A stretch of 64,000 nt of DNA from a virus, in the IMG/VR virus record IMGVR_UViG_3300025828_000014; one strand, given 5' to 3'. The notes under the pieces were generated by a model. It was given only the letters and a program-made list of their open reading frames with translations, searched no databases and was not told where the DNA came from. This document shows, in pieces, positions 7,999 through 16,967 of the stretch (its first letter is position 1; each line of letters starts with the position of its first letter). Both the position numbers and the translations under genes were made by a program.

Positions 7999-9449
7999 GA
8001 AAATACCTTTACGTTATACATATTAGCAAAGTCTTTTGCGTCTGTCAAGTCGTTAACAATTGGTTTTCCTTTGATATTAAGTGATGTATTTAATAATATC
8101 GGACACCCTGTTTCCTCATACCAACGTTCTAGCAGTTTTCGTATTCCGCTGTCATCTGGTCCAACCGTTTGGACTCTGGATGTTCCGTCTGCGTGACAGA
8201 TGGCAGGATACAGGTCTGGATAGGAGCAACTGGAGGTAAACTGCATATATGGATTTGCATATCCTTTAAAGTTATCATGATAGTGTTCTGCGAGCACAAC
8301 GGGAGCAAAAGGTCTAAATTTTTGTCTTCGCTTGATTTCGTTGACTCGGTCTTTGATATCGCTGCCTCTAGGGTCAGCAAGTAAACTCCTATTGCCAAGA
8401 GCCCTAGGACCAAACTCTGCCCGGCCATTAGCCACACCAACAATCCCTGTGCTTTTAAGTTCCTGTATAAGTTTTTCAACTGGATATTCTCCCTCTATGT
8501 TATATCCTGTGTATACATGATCCATAGACATATGTTGTTGTTTGTGTGCTAACACACACCCTATGGCTGATCCAGCATCACCTGGGTTAGGCATTATCCA
8601 TACGTTGTCAAAAAACTTGTATGCCAACTGGTTAGCTGAACAATTTAGTGCGCACCCTCCCATGAGAACAAGATTAGAACTCCAACCTTGACTTTTGGCC
8701 GAGTGTAAAATACCGCAAAATAGTTCTTCATACAGCTTCTGGGTAGCAGCAGCAATGTCAAAATAGTCCTGCTCTGTAGTTAGATCAGGTCGCCACCACA
8801 TACACCCTCTATGTAAATTGTCTTTGAATGTTATAGGGTCGCCGTTGACGTTGATAAAATCTTCTTTTATTCCGGCGTATAATCTATCAGGGTCACCATA
8901 GGCTGCCATACCCATGAGAATATATTCGTCTTCCTGTGGCTTTAAGCCAATACGCTGTGTCATAGCACTATACCATAATCCTACACTGTGTGGATAGGTT
9001 TGTGAATATTTCTTTTCTAATTTATCACCCTTGCCATGCCACATAGTAAGTGTGTCAAATTCTCCTATGCTATCAATACAAATAACAGTAGCATCATTAA
9101 AATCGCTAGTATAGTAGCCGGCAGCAGCGTGGCTGAGATGATGATCAATATAAGTAATAGGACAAACAATTCCATAATTTTTCAAATACCTCTTGATATT
9201 GTTTTCACGTAGATTAATTCCTTGCCCTGCTCTAAATTGTCTCCATGTTTTCACCAGTGGACGTTCATACCAATACACACGGTCTGGTTCACCCCAACGT
9301 TTAGCATAGTCAATTAATTGACTGTTCAAATGCGCATCATTCTTTACACCACTGAAGCGTTCGCTGTGGCTGGCAAATTCTAATCCGTCTTTTGTAAATA
9401 CAGCTAAAGCAGCATCATGGCTGTTAGCACTAATACCCCATTCAATCAT
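7995..9449 (-). CDS. Carbamoyltransferase (CmcH/NodU family)
   Basis: HDAA, ERFS, HHLSHAA, GGCALNC, EFGPRALGNRSLLADPR, FRPFAP, LLNTSLN. Confidence 0.95.
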   Translation of the reverse strand: MIEWGISANSHDAALAVFTKDGLEFASHSERFSGVKNDAHLNSQLIDYAKRWGEPDRVYWYERPLVKTWRQFRAGQGINLRENNIKRYLKNYGIVCPITYIDHHLSHAAAGYYTSDFNDATVICIDSIGEFDTLTMWHGKGDKLEKKYSQTYPHSVGLWYSAMTQRIGLKPQEDEYILMGMAAYGDPDRLYAGIKEDFINVNGDPITFKDNLHRGCMWWRPDLTTEQDYFDIAAATQKLYEELFCGILHSAKSQGWSSNLVLMGGCALNCSANQLAYKFFDNVWIMPNPGDAGSAIGCVLAHKQQHMSMDHVYTGYNIEGEYPVEKLIQELKSTGIVGVANGRAEFGPRALGNRSLLADPRGSDIKDRVNEIKRRQKFRPFAPVVLAEHYHDNFKGYANPYMQFTSSCSYPDLYPAICHADGTSRVQTVGPDDSGIRKLLERWYEETGCPILLNTSLNIKGKPIVNDLTDAKDFANMYNVKVFS

Positions 9450-9751
9450 ACTTCTATATCTATAATTTGTCCTTGGACTTCTAATTCGCTGACTGTGCTT
9501 AGATCTCTGTTGTATCTAAGAGCGGCCTGCTGTCTAAGATCAGCAATTTCTTGCATACGATCTTCTATTGCTTTTTGCCAAGCTAGTTTTACTTCTGTCC
9601 TGCTTGCTGCTTCAACTACACGTCTACGATCTTTTTCTATAGGAGGTGTAATGTTTTCGCTGTTTGCGTAAACTTGTTGATGTCCGTATAGTTGTGCTTG
9701 TATTTGTTGTTGCACATTAAACGGTGCCCCGTTTGTAGGTAGTGCTTTCAT
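9446..9751 (-). CDS. Hypothetical protein
   Basis: 101 aa, AGGAG SD, ATGA overlap; ends GQIIDIEV. Confidence 0.75.
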   Translation of the reverse strand: MKALPTNGAPFNVQQQIQAQLYGHQQVYANSENITPPIEKDRRRVVEAASRTEVKLAWQKAIEDRMQEIADLRQQAALRYNRDLSTVSELEVQGQIIDIEV

Positions 9752-9752
9752 A

Positions 9753-9854
9753 TCAACTCCTGTCTATTGCCATCTGCATTAATTTTTCTGGTAAACTACA
9801 TAACCAAATATATGGCACCCAGAATAGAATGTTATAGATTATTAGTTCTGTCAT
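9753..9854 (-). CDS. Small membrane peptide (33 aa, not in ORF track)
   Basis: MTELIIYNILFWVPYIWLCSLPEKLMQMAIDRS; GGAG upstream; fills the gap in the operon. Confidence 0.55.
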   Translation of the reverse strand: MTELIIYNILFWVPYIWLCSLPEKLMQMAIDRS

Positions 9855-9990
9855 TGTGAACTTTCTCCCAATACTCGTCATTTGTCATCAGTGGACGTTT
9901 TGCTATTTCAGCTTCATGTGCTATTCTACGTTTACGTGCTTGACGTATACCCCACCAGAAATATAATCGCCAAAATAACTTTGTATCCAT
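9832..9990 (-). CDS. Small basic protein (52 aa, not in ORF track)
   Basis: MDTKLFWRLYFWWGIRQARKRRIAHEAEIAKRPLMTNDEYWEKVHNDRTNNL; TAATG overlap. Confidence 0.6.
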   Translation of the reverse strand: MDTKLFWRLYFWWGIRQARKRRIAHEAEIAKRPLMTNDEYWEKVHNDRTNNL

Positions 9991-10205
9991 TATGCGTTTT
10001 TTGATATCCATAACCTATCCAATACAAAAAACCATACAGCATTTAACAAAGGTTCTACTACTGCATCTGTTAATGCAATATAAAAAGGTGCACCTGTAAA
10101 ATACATAACACATCCAGCAGCAATAAGAAAGTGTCCTATTGTGTATACTATAGTGCGTAACAGTGTGCCTTTTAGTGCTTGATATGACCTTGTAAATTCA
10201 CTCAT
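9990..10205 (-). CDS. DUF2061-like small membrane protein
   Basis: 71 aa, two TM segments, RTIVYTIGH...EP...WFFVLDRLW pattern. Confidence 0.7.
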   Translation of the reverse strand: MSEFTRSYQALKGTLLRTIVYTIGHFLIAAGCVMYFTGAPFYIALTDAVVEPLLNAVWFFVLDRLWISKNA

Positions 10206-10324
10206 TTGTAAATAAACGGATCTCTTTTTCTTAATTCTTTTAGACGTTTTCTATATCTACGTTCTTCTTGTATTTTTGTATAAGGCCAAATAAGTATTTG
10301 CCAAATTTTCTTTAAGTAAACCAT
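10202..10324 (-). CDS. Small basic peptide ending DPFIYK (40 aa, not in ORF track)
   Basis: MVYLKKIWQILIWPYTKIQEERRYRKRLKELRKRDPFIYK; overlaps the primase stop and the next ATG. Confidence 0.65.
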   Translation of the reverse strand: MVYLKKIWQILIWPYTKIQEERRYRKRLKELRKRDPFIYK

Positions 10325-11304
10325 TTTTTAGCTCTCAATCTAATTTTAAGTGGCGAACTCTCTGCTGAATTCGCAATACTGTATAATGTATATAGCCTTC
10401 CATATTTTGCTACTGCATCACCTATGTCATTTATTCCTATATCCCAATCTGGCATACTAACATGCCAACCTCGATCAATAGCTTGTTCAACTAGTTTAGC
10501 ACCGGCACGATCTCTGTCGGGCACAACATATATATCCTTGCCCAGTCTGTTGAGTAGCAGTGCTTGAGCATCATTTATATCACTGCCTGTAAGTGCGCAA
10601 CCGTCAACATGTAGCGCATCAATAGGACCTTCGCATAGTATAGTAAACACCTTGTTGTGCCCTTGTTCGTCTAAATTAAACACAAAACCTGGCTGTGAGT
10701 CAGTAAGATACTTTACTCTATTATCCCCTACTGTGCGGGCTGTATAACCCACTACACGCCCCTCGTAGTAGAAGGGTATAATAAGTCTATCTCTATAAGC
10801 AAGTGTTGGCGACCAGTGATAATCTATGTCCTCAATATTTAAATCACGTTCTAACATATACTGAAAGCAACGTGCGATTCTTTCATCTAAATGACCAGCC
10901 TCTGCCCACATGTGTTTGGACAATGGCTCTGCACCTTCTGGTAGTTGTGTTGTAGCAAATTCAGGTAGTTCAACTCTGTGCTGCTGGACTTCTACACCTT
11001 CGTTTTCACGCATAACATCTAGTGCTAGTTTTGTAATATCAGCATCAGGTGCGTTTAACCATTCTAACAGTTTCTTAAACTTGTAACTTAGATTACGTCC
11101 TGGTTGCCAACTTGCTTTGAAGCCACAGTTGAAGCAATGATAACTTACCAAGTCACCTTCATATATTACACCGCCACGTCCTCTTGTGTCTGCATTTTCA
11201 TTGTTATGCACACAACAAGGCGCATTAAAACTAGTCCACCCACTGGGTGTTGTTTTGCGCTTTGCAGGCAGATATAAAGTCAAGGTGTCAGATACGATGC
11301 TCAT
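10312..11304 (-). CDS. DNA primase (Zn-binding + TOPRIM)
   Basis: CC...HCFNC zinc motif; CEGPIDA and PDRDRAG TOPRIM motifs. Confidence 0.9.
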   Translation of the reverse strand: MSIVSDTLTLYLPAKRKTTPSGWTSFNAPCCVHNNENADTRGRGGVIYEGDLVSYHCFNCGFKASWQPGRNLSYKFKKLLEWLNAPDADITKLALDVMRENEGVEVQQHRVELPEFATTQLPEGAEPLSKHMWAEAGHLDERIARCFQYMLERDLNIEDIDYHWSPTLAYRDRLIIPFYYEGRVVGYTARTVGDNRVKYLTDSQPGFVFNLDEQGHNKVFTILCEGPIDALHVDGCALTGSDINDAQALLLNRLGKDIYVVPDRDRAGAKLVEQAIDRGWHVSMPDWDIGINDIGDAVAKYGRLYTLYSIANSAESSPLKIRLRAKKWFT

Positions 11305-11310
11305 AATATA

Positions 11311-11339
11311 ATTATAGCATCATGTAATTACAATGTCAA
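11311..11339 (-). promoter_or_regulatory. Consensus sigma70 promoter of primase (leaderless geometry)
   Basis: TTGACA-17-TATAAT, then 6 nt to ATG. Confidence 0.9.
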
Positions 11340-11704
11340 TGATTAAGTTTTATACTTGCGATATTGCCGTCAGTCCAATTTTCTACATAAGCTCTTACCC
11401 AAACGTAATTACCTGTAAAGTTATAGATAAAACTGCCACTGCTACCGGTATATGTTTGGTCCGTGGCACTTACATCAAACCAGTCACCTGTATCTGGAGT
11501 GGTTGCCAAACTTGCTTGAATTACAATACGGCCTCTAAAAGTATTGCTCTTACCGTCGCCACTTAGATTGTATTGTATTGTGTGCAACCCATCTGCTCTA
11601 CTGTAATATCCATCGCCTTTGTATTTGTCACCGGTCACTGTTTGCGCACTGCTGTCGCCTGGATGAGATTGTAAAGATAATATTGTTTCACTATTTGCGG
11701 CCAT
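11336..11704 (-). CDS. Hypothetical beta-rich, probably virion protein
   Basis: 122 aa; IQASL...W...NFTGNYVWVRA resembles the C-terminal domain of the neighbour; late box 4 nt upstream. Confidence 0.75.
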   Translation of the reverse strand: MAANSETILSLQSHPGDSSAQTVTGDKYKGDGYYSRADGLHTIQYNLSGDGKSNTFRGRIVIQASLATTPDTGDWFDVSATDQTYTGSSGSFIYNFTGNYVWVRAYVENWTDGNIASIKLNH

Positions 11705-11716
11705 ACTGTATTTACC

Positions 11717-12505
11717 TTAATTTCTAATTAGCACCTTAGTGACTTTGTTTGTAGGATCTGCTGTTGCTTTTAGACGTAGGTAACTGAACACACCGTTTAG
11801 ATTAGCAGGAACAGGTTGAGTTTCAGTGCCTGTAAATGTTAATGTATTCAATGTTGTCCAATTATTATTACCTGTGATTTGGTTATCTAACGTGCCTTGT
11901 ATTTCAATATCGCCTATATATGCATTAGTGTATACAGCAATTGTATGTAAAGCATCATTTCCGTTTAATCCTGGTTGTGCATCAATTTTGTTAACATCAT
12001 CGCTGCCCGCATACCAAGCACTATTTTCTTCGTAGAAATTAGTAATTTCAATACTACTCTTAGGGCCAGGATATGCAGCACCGTCAAGATAAATTATTCC
12101 AGCACTTTCAAAATTTCTATCAGCGTATGTAACTGTGTTTGTTGTTCCGTCTGACATATAGATGTTGTAATGTAGATATTGTTGATTCAAATTTAATAAA
12201 TCATTTTCAGTAATAGTTATAGCAAACATTCCTTTTAAACTGGCAGAGCTTCCATCGTCTTGAATTGTGCAAGCACGTTCTAATATTTTGCTATTGTTTT
12301 CATCAAACACTACAATATATGGTGTGTTGGTTACTCTTACTGGTTTTTGGTCTGCGTTTAAATATCTAAACTGAATTGTATTATCTATACCTCTATAAAT
12401 TTTTAATTGTCTACTATACACTGGTCTATACTCCACGGTGAACCCAGAATCGTTAGCGATTACATCTACTTTGTTTTCGACTAAATATCTAGGAATAAGT
12501 TGCAT
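11717..12505 (-). CDS. Hypothetical, probably structural protein
   Basis: 262 aa, beta-rich; TAAATA box upstream. Confidence 0.75.
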   Translation of the reverse strand: MQLIPRYLVENKVDVIANDSGFTVEYRPVYSRQLKIYRGIDNTIQFRYLNADQKPVRVTNTPYIVVFDENNSKILERACTIQDDGSSASLKGMFAITITENDLLNLNQQYLHYNIYMSDGTTNTVTYADRNFESAGIIYLDGAAYPGPKSSIEITNFYEENSAWYAGSDDVNKIDAQPGLNGNDALHTIAVYTNAYIGDIEIQGTLDNQITGNNNWTTLNTLTFTGTETQPVPANLNGVFSYLRLKATADPTNKVTKVLIRN

Positions 12506-12538
12506 TGGGGATCCTTTTTTGTATAAGTATTTATCGGC

Positions 12539-12913
12539 ATGTTATTAAAAGAAATAGAAGATCAGTATCCGTATATTAGTGTAGTCGCATATGGCGGACA
12601 AGAATACGTGGGCATAATTTCAAATCAAGATCAATTTGTTACAAGTATGTTTGTATATACAGTTTTAAAAACTGAGTATGATAAAAAATTACTTTTAGAT
12701 TTAGGTGATGTCTGGTGGTGGGAATCCAACAGAATGATTCCAATTAATATATTTTTGAAAAAAGAAATTGAAAACTTAAATTATTCTTTATTAACTATGA
12801 ACAGTAAAAATGTTAAAATTGTTATTGGACCATGTGTAAATGTAAACAATTTAGCAATAAAAAGAATAAAACGCAAAAGTGTGCAACTAATTAAAAAAAC
12901 TGTTAAGCAGTAA
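12539..12913 (+). CDS. Phage hypothetical protein
   Basis: 124 aa, WWWESNRMIPINIFL motif, basic C-terminus. Confidence 0.8.
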   Translation: MLLKEIEDQYPYISVVAYGGQEYVGIISNQDQFVTSMFVYTVLKTEYDKKLLLDLGDVWWWESNRMIPINIFLKKEIENLNYSLLTMNSKNVKIVIGPCVNVNNLAIKRIKRKSVQLIKKTVKQ

Positions 12914-13463
12914 ATTGTTCACAAATTAAATTCATATGAACTACAACACTTACAGCATATGCAACTGCATGTGCTTTTTTAAAGTAGTAACTATTATCCT
13001 CTGGCTTTTTCCATACTTCTGTTTCGATCGTTTGCCATGTTTCGTTGACAAGATGCCTCTTCGCAGGCCGTATTATCGCTAACACTGCTGCTAGTTGTTC
13101 CACCGATATCGGCTTGAGCTTTCTTAGTATCTCCCCATGTCCGCTGACGTGAAACAGCAAGTTGGTAAAATCGTCGTGCTCCAGTAAGTCCCATTGTGGT
13201 TCCTTTTCCATTAGTTTGGTTAGGTGTTGTTCATCTTTAACATCATTGTAGATACTTACATTCAAAAAGTCAAGTTTGAAATAGCCTCTGTCTTCTGCTG
13301 TTTTGTAATCAATAGTAGCTAAATTGTCCACAGGATTATGAGGACACTCTGTGACATATACACCAGTGTTGTGTTTTTTACCTGTATCTAGTTTTGCTAC
13401 ACGATGAGGTATTTTTTCTAATATAACACTGCGATCAGCAAAGTCTATATCAATATCTGGCAT
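12903..13463 (-). CDS. Miniature/split DNA polymerase III alpha-like protein
   Basis: Starts MPDIDIDF; HNTGVYV, GYFKLDFLN, LAIIRP, FKKAHAVAY in DnaE order within 186 aa. Confidence 0.85.
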   Translation of the reverse strand: MPDIDIDFADRSVILEKIPHRVAKLDTGKKHNTGVYVTECPHNPVDNLATIDYKTAEDRGYFKLDFLNVSIYNDVKDEQHLTKLMEKEPQWDLLEHDDFTNLLFHVSGHGEILRKLKPISVEQLAAVLAIIRPAKRHLVNETWQTIETEVWKKPEDNSYYFKKAHAVAYAVSVVVHMNLICEQFTA

Positions 13464-13470
13464 ATCATTC

Positions 13471-13761
13471 CTAAATTAAAAATAACTGTATCATTGCAAT
13501 ACTGTTCATAACAACAAACCAAGCACACAATACTATTGCAAATGCTGCTTTACGAATCACAGTGCTAATAACTCCAAGTATACTTCCTAACAAATACATT
13601 GGAATAAAAATCTCAGTAGCAGGATCTAAAACTGTAAATGTTAAAACAGCACTTGCTGCAATTAATATTGTTGTTTCTGCCATTTCACAATAAAATGCAA
13701 CAGGTGATAGTCTATAACTTTCTTTACAAAAGTTTACAATATATTTAATCCAATTCTCCAT
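13471..13761 (-). CDS. Small membrane protein (3 TM)
   Basis: 96 aa, highly hydrophobic. Confidence 0.75.
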   Translation of the reverse strand: MENWIKYIVNFCKESYRLSPVAFYCEMAETTILIAASAVLTFTVLDPATEIFIPMYLLGSILGVISTVIRKAAFAIVLCAWFVVMNSIAMIQLFLI

Positions 13762-14152
13762 TGCGCCTCATTTCTGCACGGATTTTTGTTGCACTTATGT
13801 TGTGTATTTCTTGGCCTAAGTTATGTTCGGTAAAAGTATAACCAACACCTCTACCATAACTGATATCAACAATATTGGGCACTATCATAATAACATATTC
13901 TTTGCCGTATGTAAAGCCCTCTTTTTGTAATTCTTTTTTGATATTTTCTTCGACATCTGTAACAATAAATGGGTTATCGTCTTGTATCATAGTTCGTCCA
14001 CCTGAGGCATCTTGATCTTGTGGAACAGTTCTAATCATAATACAAACTTGTCCTGTTTCTGCTAGAGCACGTTTGAATAGTTCTGTATGACCTGGATGCC
14101 AAGGTTGCCAACGTCCAAGCATTTGTGTAGTAGGTTTAAATCTATCAAACAT
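13745..14152 (-). CDS. HxGH-family nucleotidyl(cytidylyl/adenylyl)transferase
   Basis: GRWQPWHPGH and ISATKIR motifs. Confidence 0.85.
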   Translation of the reverse strand: MFDRFKPTTQMLGRWQPWHPGHTELFKRALAETGQVCIMIRTVPQDQDASGGRTMIQDDNPFIVTDVEENIKKELQKEGFTYGKEYVIMIVPNIVDISYGRGVGYTFTEHNLGQEIHNISATKIRAEMRRNGELD

Positions 14153-14570
14153 TATTTCTTTCCATCCATCTTTTCACAACAGGCAAAAGTTGTTCGTGTG
14201 TATCGTTAAACCAATCTTCTACGTGATAATCACAATGAGCAGGTGCTACAAACATTTTGTTTGTATCTTCAAATCTACCTTCTTTGATTGTGTCCATCCA
14301 TACAGTAAAGTCAGCATTGAATTCCATACGTGCTTGATCTGTGGGCGCAACAAAATCAGCAACAGCAATCTTTCCTGCCCGCACAACACCGTCTGCTAGG
14401 TAACGCATACGCCACGCTTGGCGCATCCGTCCTTCTGGTGTAAAATCCCAGTCTGCATAATGACTGCGTATTTCATCGGCATTGATATGCACACCGCCTA
14501 TAAGTTCTGCAAACGGTTTAGCAAGGGTAGTTTTACCACTCCCTGGTAAACCAAAAACTAATATTTTCAT
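14145..14570 (-). CDS. Adenylylsulfate kinase-like P-loop kinase
   Basis: GLPGSGKTT, NADEIR, DFTPEGR. Confidence 0.8.
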   Translation of the reverse strand: MKILVFGLPGSGKTTLAKPFAELIGGVHINADEIRSHYADWDFTPEGRMRQAWRMRYLADGVVRAGKIAVADFVAPTDQARMEFNADFTVWMDTIKEGRFEDTNKMFVAPAHCDYHVEDWFNDTHEQLLPVVKRWMERNNV

Positions 14571-15169
14571 TTTTCCTCCATCAAGTTAGGCAAACATATT
14601 TTCCATTGATCTTGTATTAAAGCAAAAGTTTTTCGACCATTTATATATACACCGTCTTTTATTTTTTCAACACGAACACTTTTATTTTCATACAAACTTT
14701 GACAACGAGATGCATAGTATTTGTTTTTAAAATGCGCTGGTATATTTTCATTTACTAATATTTGCAATTCCACATCATAGCTTAACCATAACAGTTGATT
14801 TTCTACTCTGTTGTCTTTAAAAATAACGTAATTAAGTTTTTGTTCTGGCATATAAGGAATACATAATAGTCTTTTTATTCCAGGTTCCAGTTGCATATAA
14901 TTTTCTTTTCTAAACAAACATATAGGATCCTCTATTTTTTTATCTACGTAAAGCATCAAAAATAAATCAACCCAAGACTTGTGATGGGTATCTACAATAA
15001 TTGCATCTGTGTTATTAAAGGTTTTTTCGATCAGATTGTTCCATCTATTTTGAACTACTAAATGATGAAACTTTTTATAAAAATTGTATGAGCTTATTCT
15101 GTAAAAATTAAACCAAATTTGTTTTTTAGCTTCTAATATTTCTTGACGAGTTGTGATAGGTAAATTCAT
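14567..15169 (-). CDS. Hypothetical protein (AT-rich insert)
   Basis: 200 aa, ATGA overlaps at both ends. Confidence 0.7.
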   Translation of the reverse strand: MNLPITTRQEILEAKKQIWFNFYRISSYNFYKKFHHLVVQNRWNNLIEKTFNNTDAIIVDTHHKSWVDLFLMLYVDKKIEDPICLFRKENYMQLEPGIKRLLCIPYMPEQKLNYVIFKDNRVENQLLWLSYDVELQILVNENIPAHFKNKYYASRCQSLYENKSVRVEKIKDGVYINGRKTFALIQDQWKICLPNLMEEK

Positions 15170-15861
15170 AGCTGTGCCTTCGCAGCTATTGTTTTTACAA
15201 GTTCTACATCTTTAGATTGTCTTTTAAAACGCATAGCCCAATGACTTGGATCTAACACACTTCCAAGCATGGTTAATTGTTCTTCATTTAAATTAGAAAG
15301 TGCTTGTTTTCCGCTTTTACAATTTAAAACAAGCCACGGTGATATTTTTCCATCTTTAATATCCCATGTTAATCTATTACTACTTACATATGAAAAATAA
15401 TGATTGTATACACTTGACTTTTCTTTAGCCCAAGATTCCATTGTGCTAATACTACGTTCTAGTGCTGTTTCAACTCCTTCTTTGCGTATTAAATTTATTG
15501 CATAAGATTCATACAACTCGTTTCGACACCAGTGATCGAGTTTAACATTACTTGTAACTACGTAATCAATATACTTGTCAGGATACAGAGGACGCACATT
15601 ATTAACAAAACTACCAAACTTAACAAAGGCATTGTAGAAGGATGATTTAACAAAGTCTTCATATGTTTTTTCATTTTTGTGTCCTGCACTTAATTTATAA
15701 AATCTTTGGAATGCATAAAAACCTACCTGTGTTGGTTTTTCATCTTTTTGCAGCCAACGTCTCTTAGGCTCACATACGTGAGCTAACAGTGTGCTTTCTT
15801 TTACATAACTTTTTCCACAGTATTCGCATGTGTGTTTAGATGTCGACTTTGTCAAATCCAT
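15166..15861 (-). CDS. Phage protein with N-terminal zinc finger
   Basis: CEYCGKSY...LLAHVC motif; start uncertain (15861 vs 15909). Confidence 0.75.
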   Translation of the reverse strand: MDLTKSTSKHTCEYCGKSYVKESTLLAHVCEPKRRWLQKDEKPTQVGFYAFQRFYKLSAGHKNEKTYEDFVKSSFYNAFVKFGSFVNNVRPLYPDKYIDYVVTSNVKLDHWCRNELYESYAINLIRKEGVETALERSISTMESWAKEKSSVYNHYFSYVSSNRLTWDIKDGKISPWLVLNCKSGKQALSNLNEEQLTMLGSVLDPSHWAMRFKRQSKDVELVKTIAAKAQL

Positions 15862-16306
15862 GTTGCTCAGCAAGCTCTTTGATTTCTTTTTTTGTAGATA
15901 TTCTAGCAAGTGTTTCTACCTCATCCATTTTCATTTCTGGATATATTTGTGCCAACAGTTTTACGGCTTTACTGCTGTCGTCTTTCTTTTTCTTCAACCC
16001 TATCCAAGGATGGAATTGTTTCTTTCCTGTTTTGCCAGCAACACATAATAGTTGCCATTGCAGTTTAACATGATTGGTGCCGCCTAGCACATTCCAATTT
16101 TTATTGTAGTATTCATTAATCTTAAACACTGCAAGTGCAGTTTTTTCATAGTTGCCTTTAACACTGCTGATATAACGATTGAGATTCCACAAATCGCCTT
16201 TGATATCTTTCTTGCCATCTTCGCCGGCAGCATCATACAGTTCTTTGAAGCCCATGTCAATGCTTGGGATAAGTTCTTTGAATAAGTCTAATTCTTTGTT
16301 AGGCAT
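15836..16306 (-). CDS. Probable clamp-loader small subunit (T4 gp62-like)
   Basis: 156 aa; NRYIS...NEY...LQWQLL...HPWI pattern; replication context. Confidence 0.6.
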   Translation of the reverse strand: MPNKELDLFKELIPSIDMGFKELYDAAGEDGKKDIKGDLWNLNRYISSVKGNYEKTALAVFKINEYYNKNWNVLGGTNHVKLQWQLLCVAGKTGKKQFHPWIGLKKKKDDSSKAVKLLAQIYPEMKMDEVETLARISTKKEIKELAEQHGFDKVDI

Positions 16307-16967
16307 TTTGTTTGTGCCACTTCACTACATCTTCTGGAGAGTTGATTTCGATGCCATCAAACTCTACTTCTACTACACCAATTTTTTGTCCGTTTTGTAT
16401 CCAACGCAATTGTTCTAGTTTTTCAATATCTTCTTCTGGAAACTTTGTGCTTGTTGTATAAACAATCTTTGACTCTCTGTTATATCCGTATACACCCAAA
16501 TGATGATCTCCATATTCTAAACTAGCACGTAAGAACCAATGCGCTCTACCTCTGCTGTGTATCATTTTAACACTGTTTGGATCATTTCGCAAGTTAAAAT
16601 CCATTGGTGTATAAGCAGTTGCTACATCGCTGTGCTGTAATGCGCCTTCTACAGCACGGATAATTTCAGGTGTAATGTCAGGCATATCGCCTTGCACATT
16701 TATATATCTATCATATTGTAAAACTTCATCAATAACACTCATACACCTGTCGGTGCCATTTGCCAGTCTGTAGTCTGTCATTATAGCACGATCACCAAAC
16801 AATGCCATTACTTCTTCGCTGTCAGCCAATACATATGTATCCAATCCAGTCTCAACACATCTGTCATACACCCGTTGAATCAATGGCACACCGTTGAGTG
16901 GGCAAAGCATTTTACGTGGTAATCTTGTGGCATTAAGTCTAGCGGGTATTAGTATTGCTGTGGTCAC
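16299..16967 (-). CDS. kdsB: CMP-Kdo synthetase (3-deoxy-manno-octulosonate cytidylyltransferase)
   Basis: IPARLNATRLPRKML, GTDR, INVQGD, HLGVYGY, EKLEQLR. Confidence 0.93.
   Translation of the reverse strand: MTTAILIPARLNATRLPRKMLCPLNGVPLIQRVYDRCVETGLDTYVLADSEEVMALFGDRAIMTDYRLANGTDRCMSVIDEVLQYDRYINVQGDMPDITPEIIRAVEGALQHSDVATAYTPMDFNLRNDPNSVKMIHSRGRAHWFLRASLEYGDHHLGVYGYNRESKIVYTTSTKFPEEDIEKLEQLRWIQNGQKIGVVEVEFDGIEINSPEDVVKWHKQNA

Noticed and set aside
4662-13463. The two dnaE genes as halves of one split or intein-split polymerase
   Set aside because: Both contain the same PDxDxD and KxD motifs, so they overlap rather than complement; no intein termini are seen
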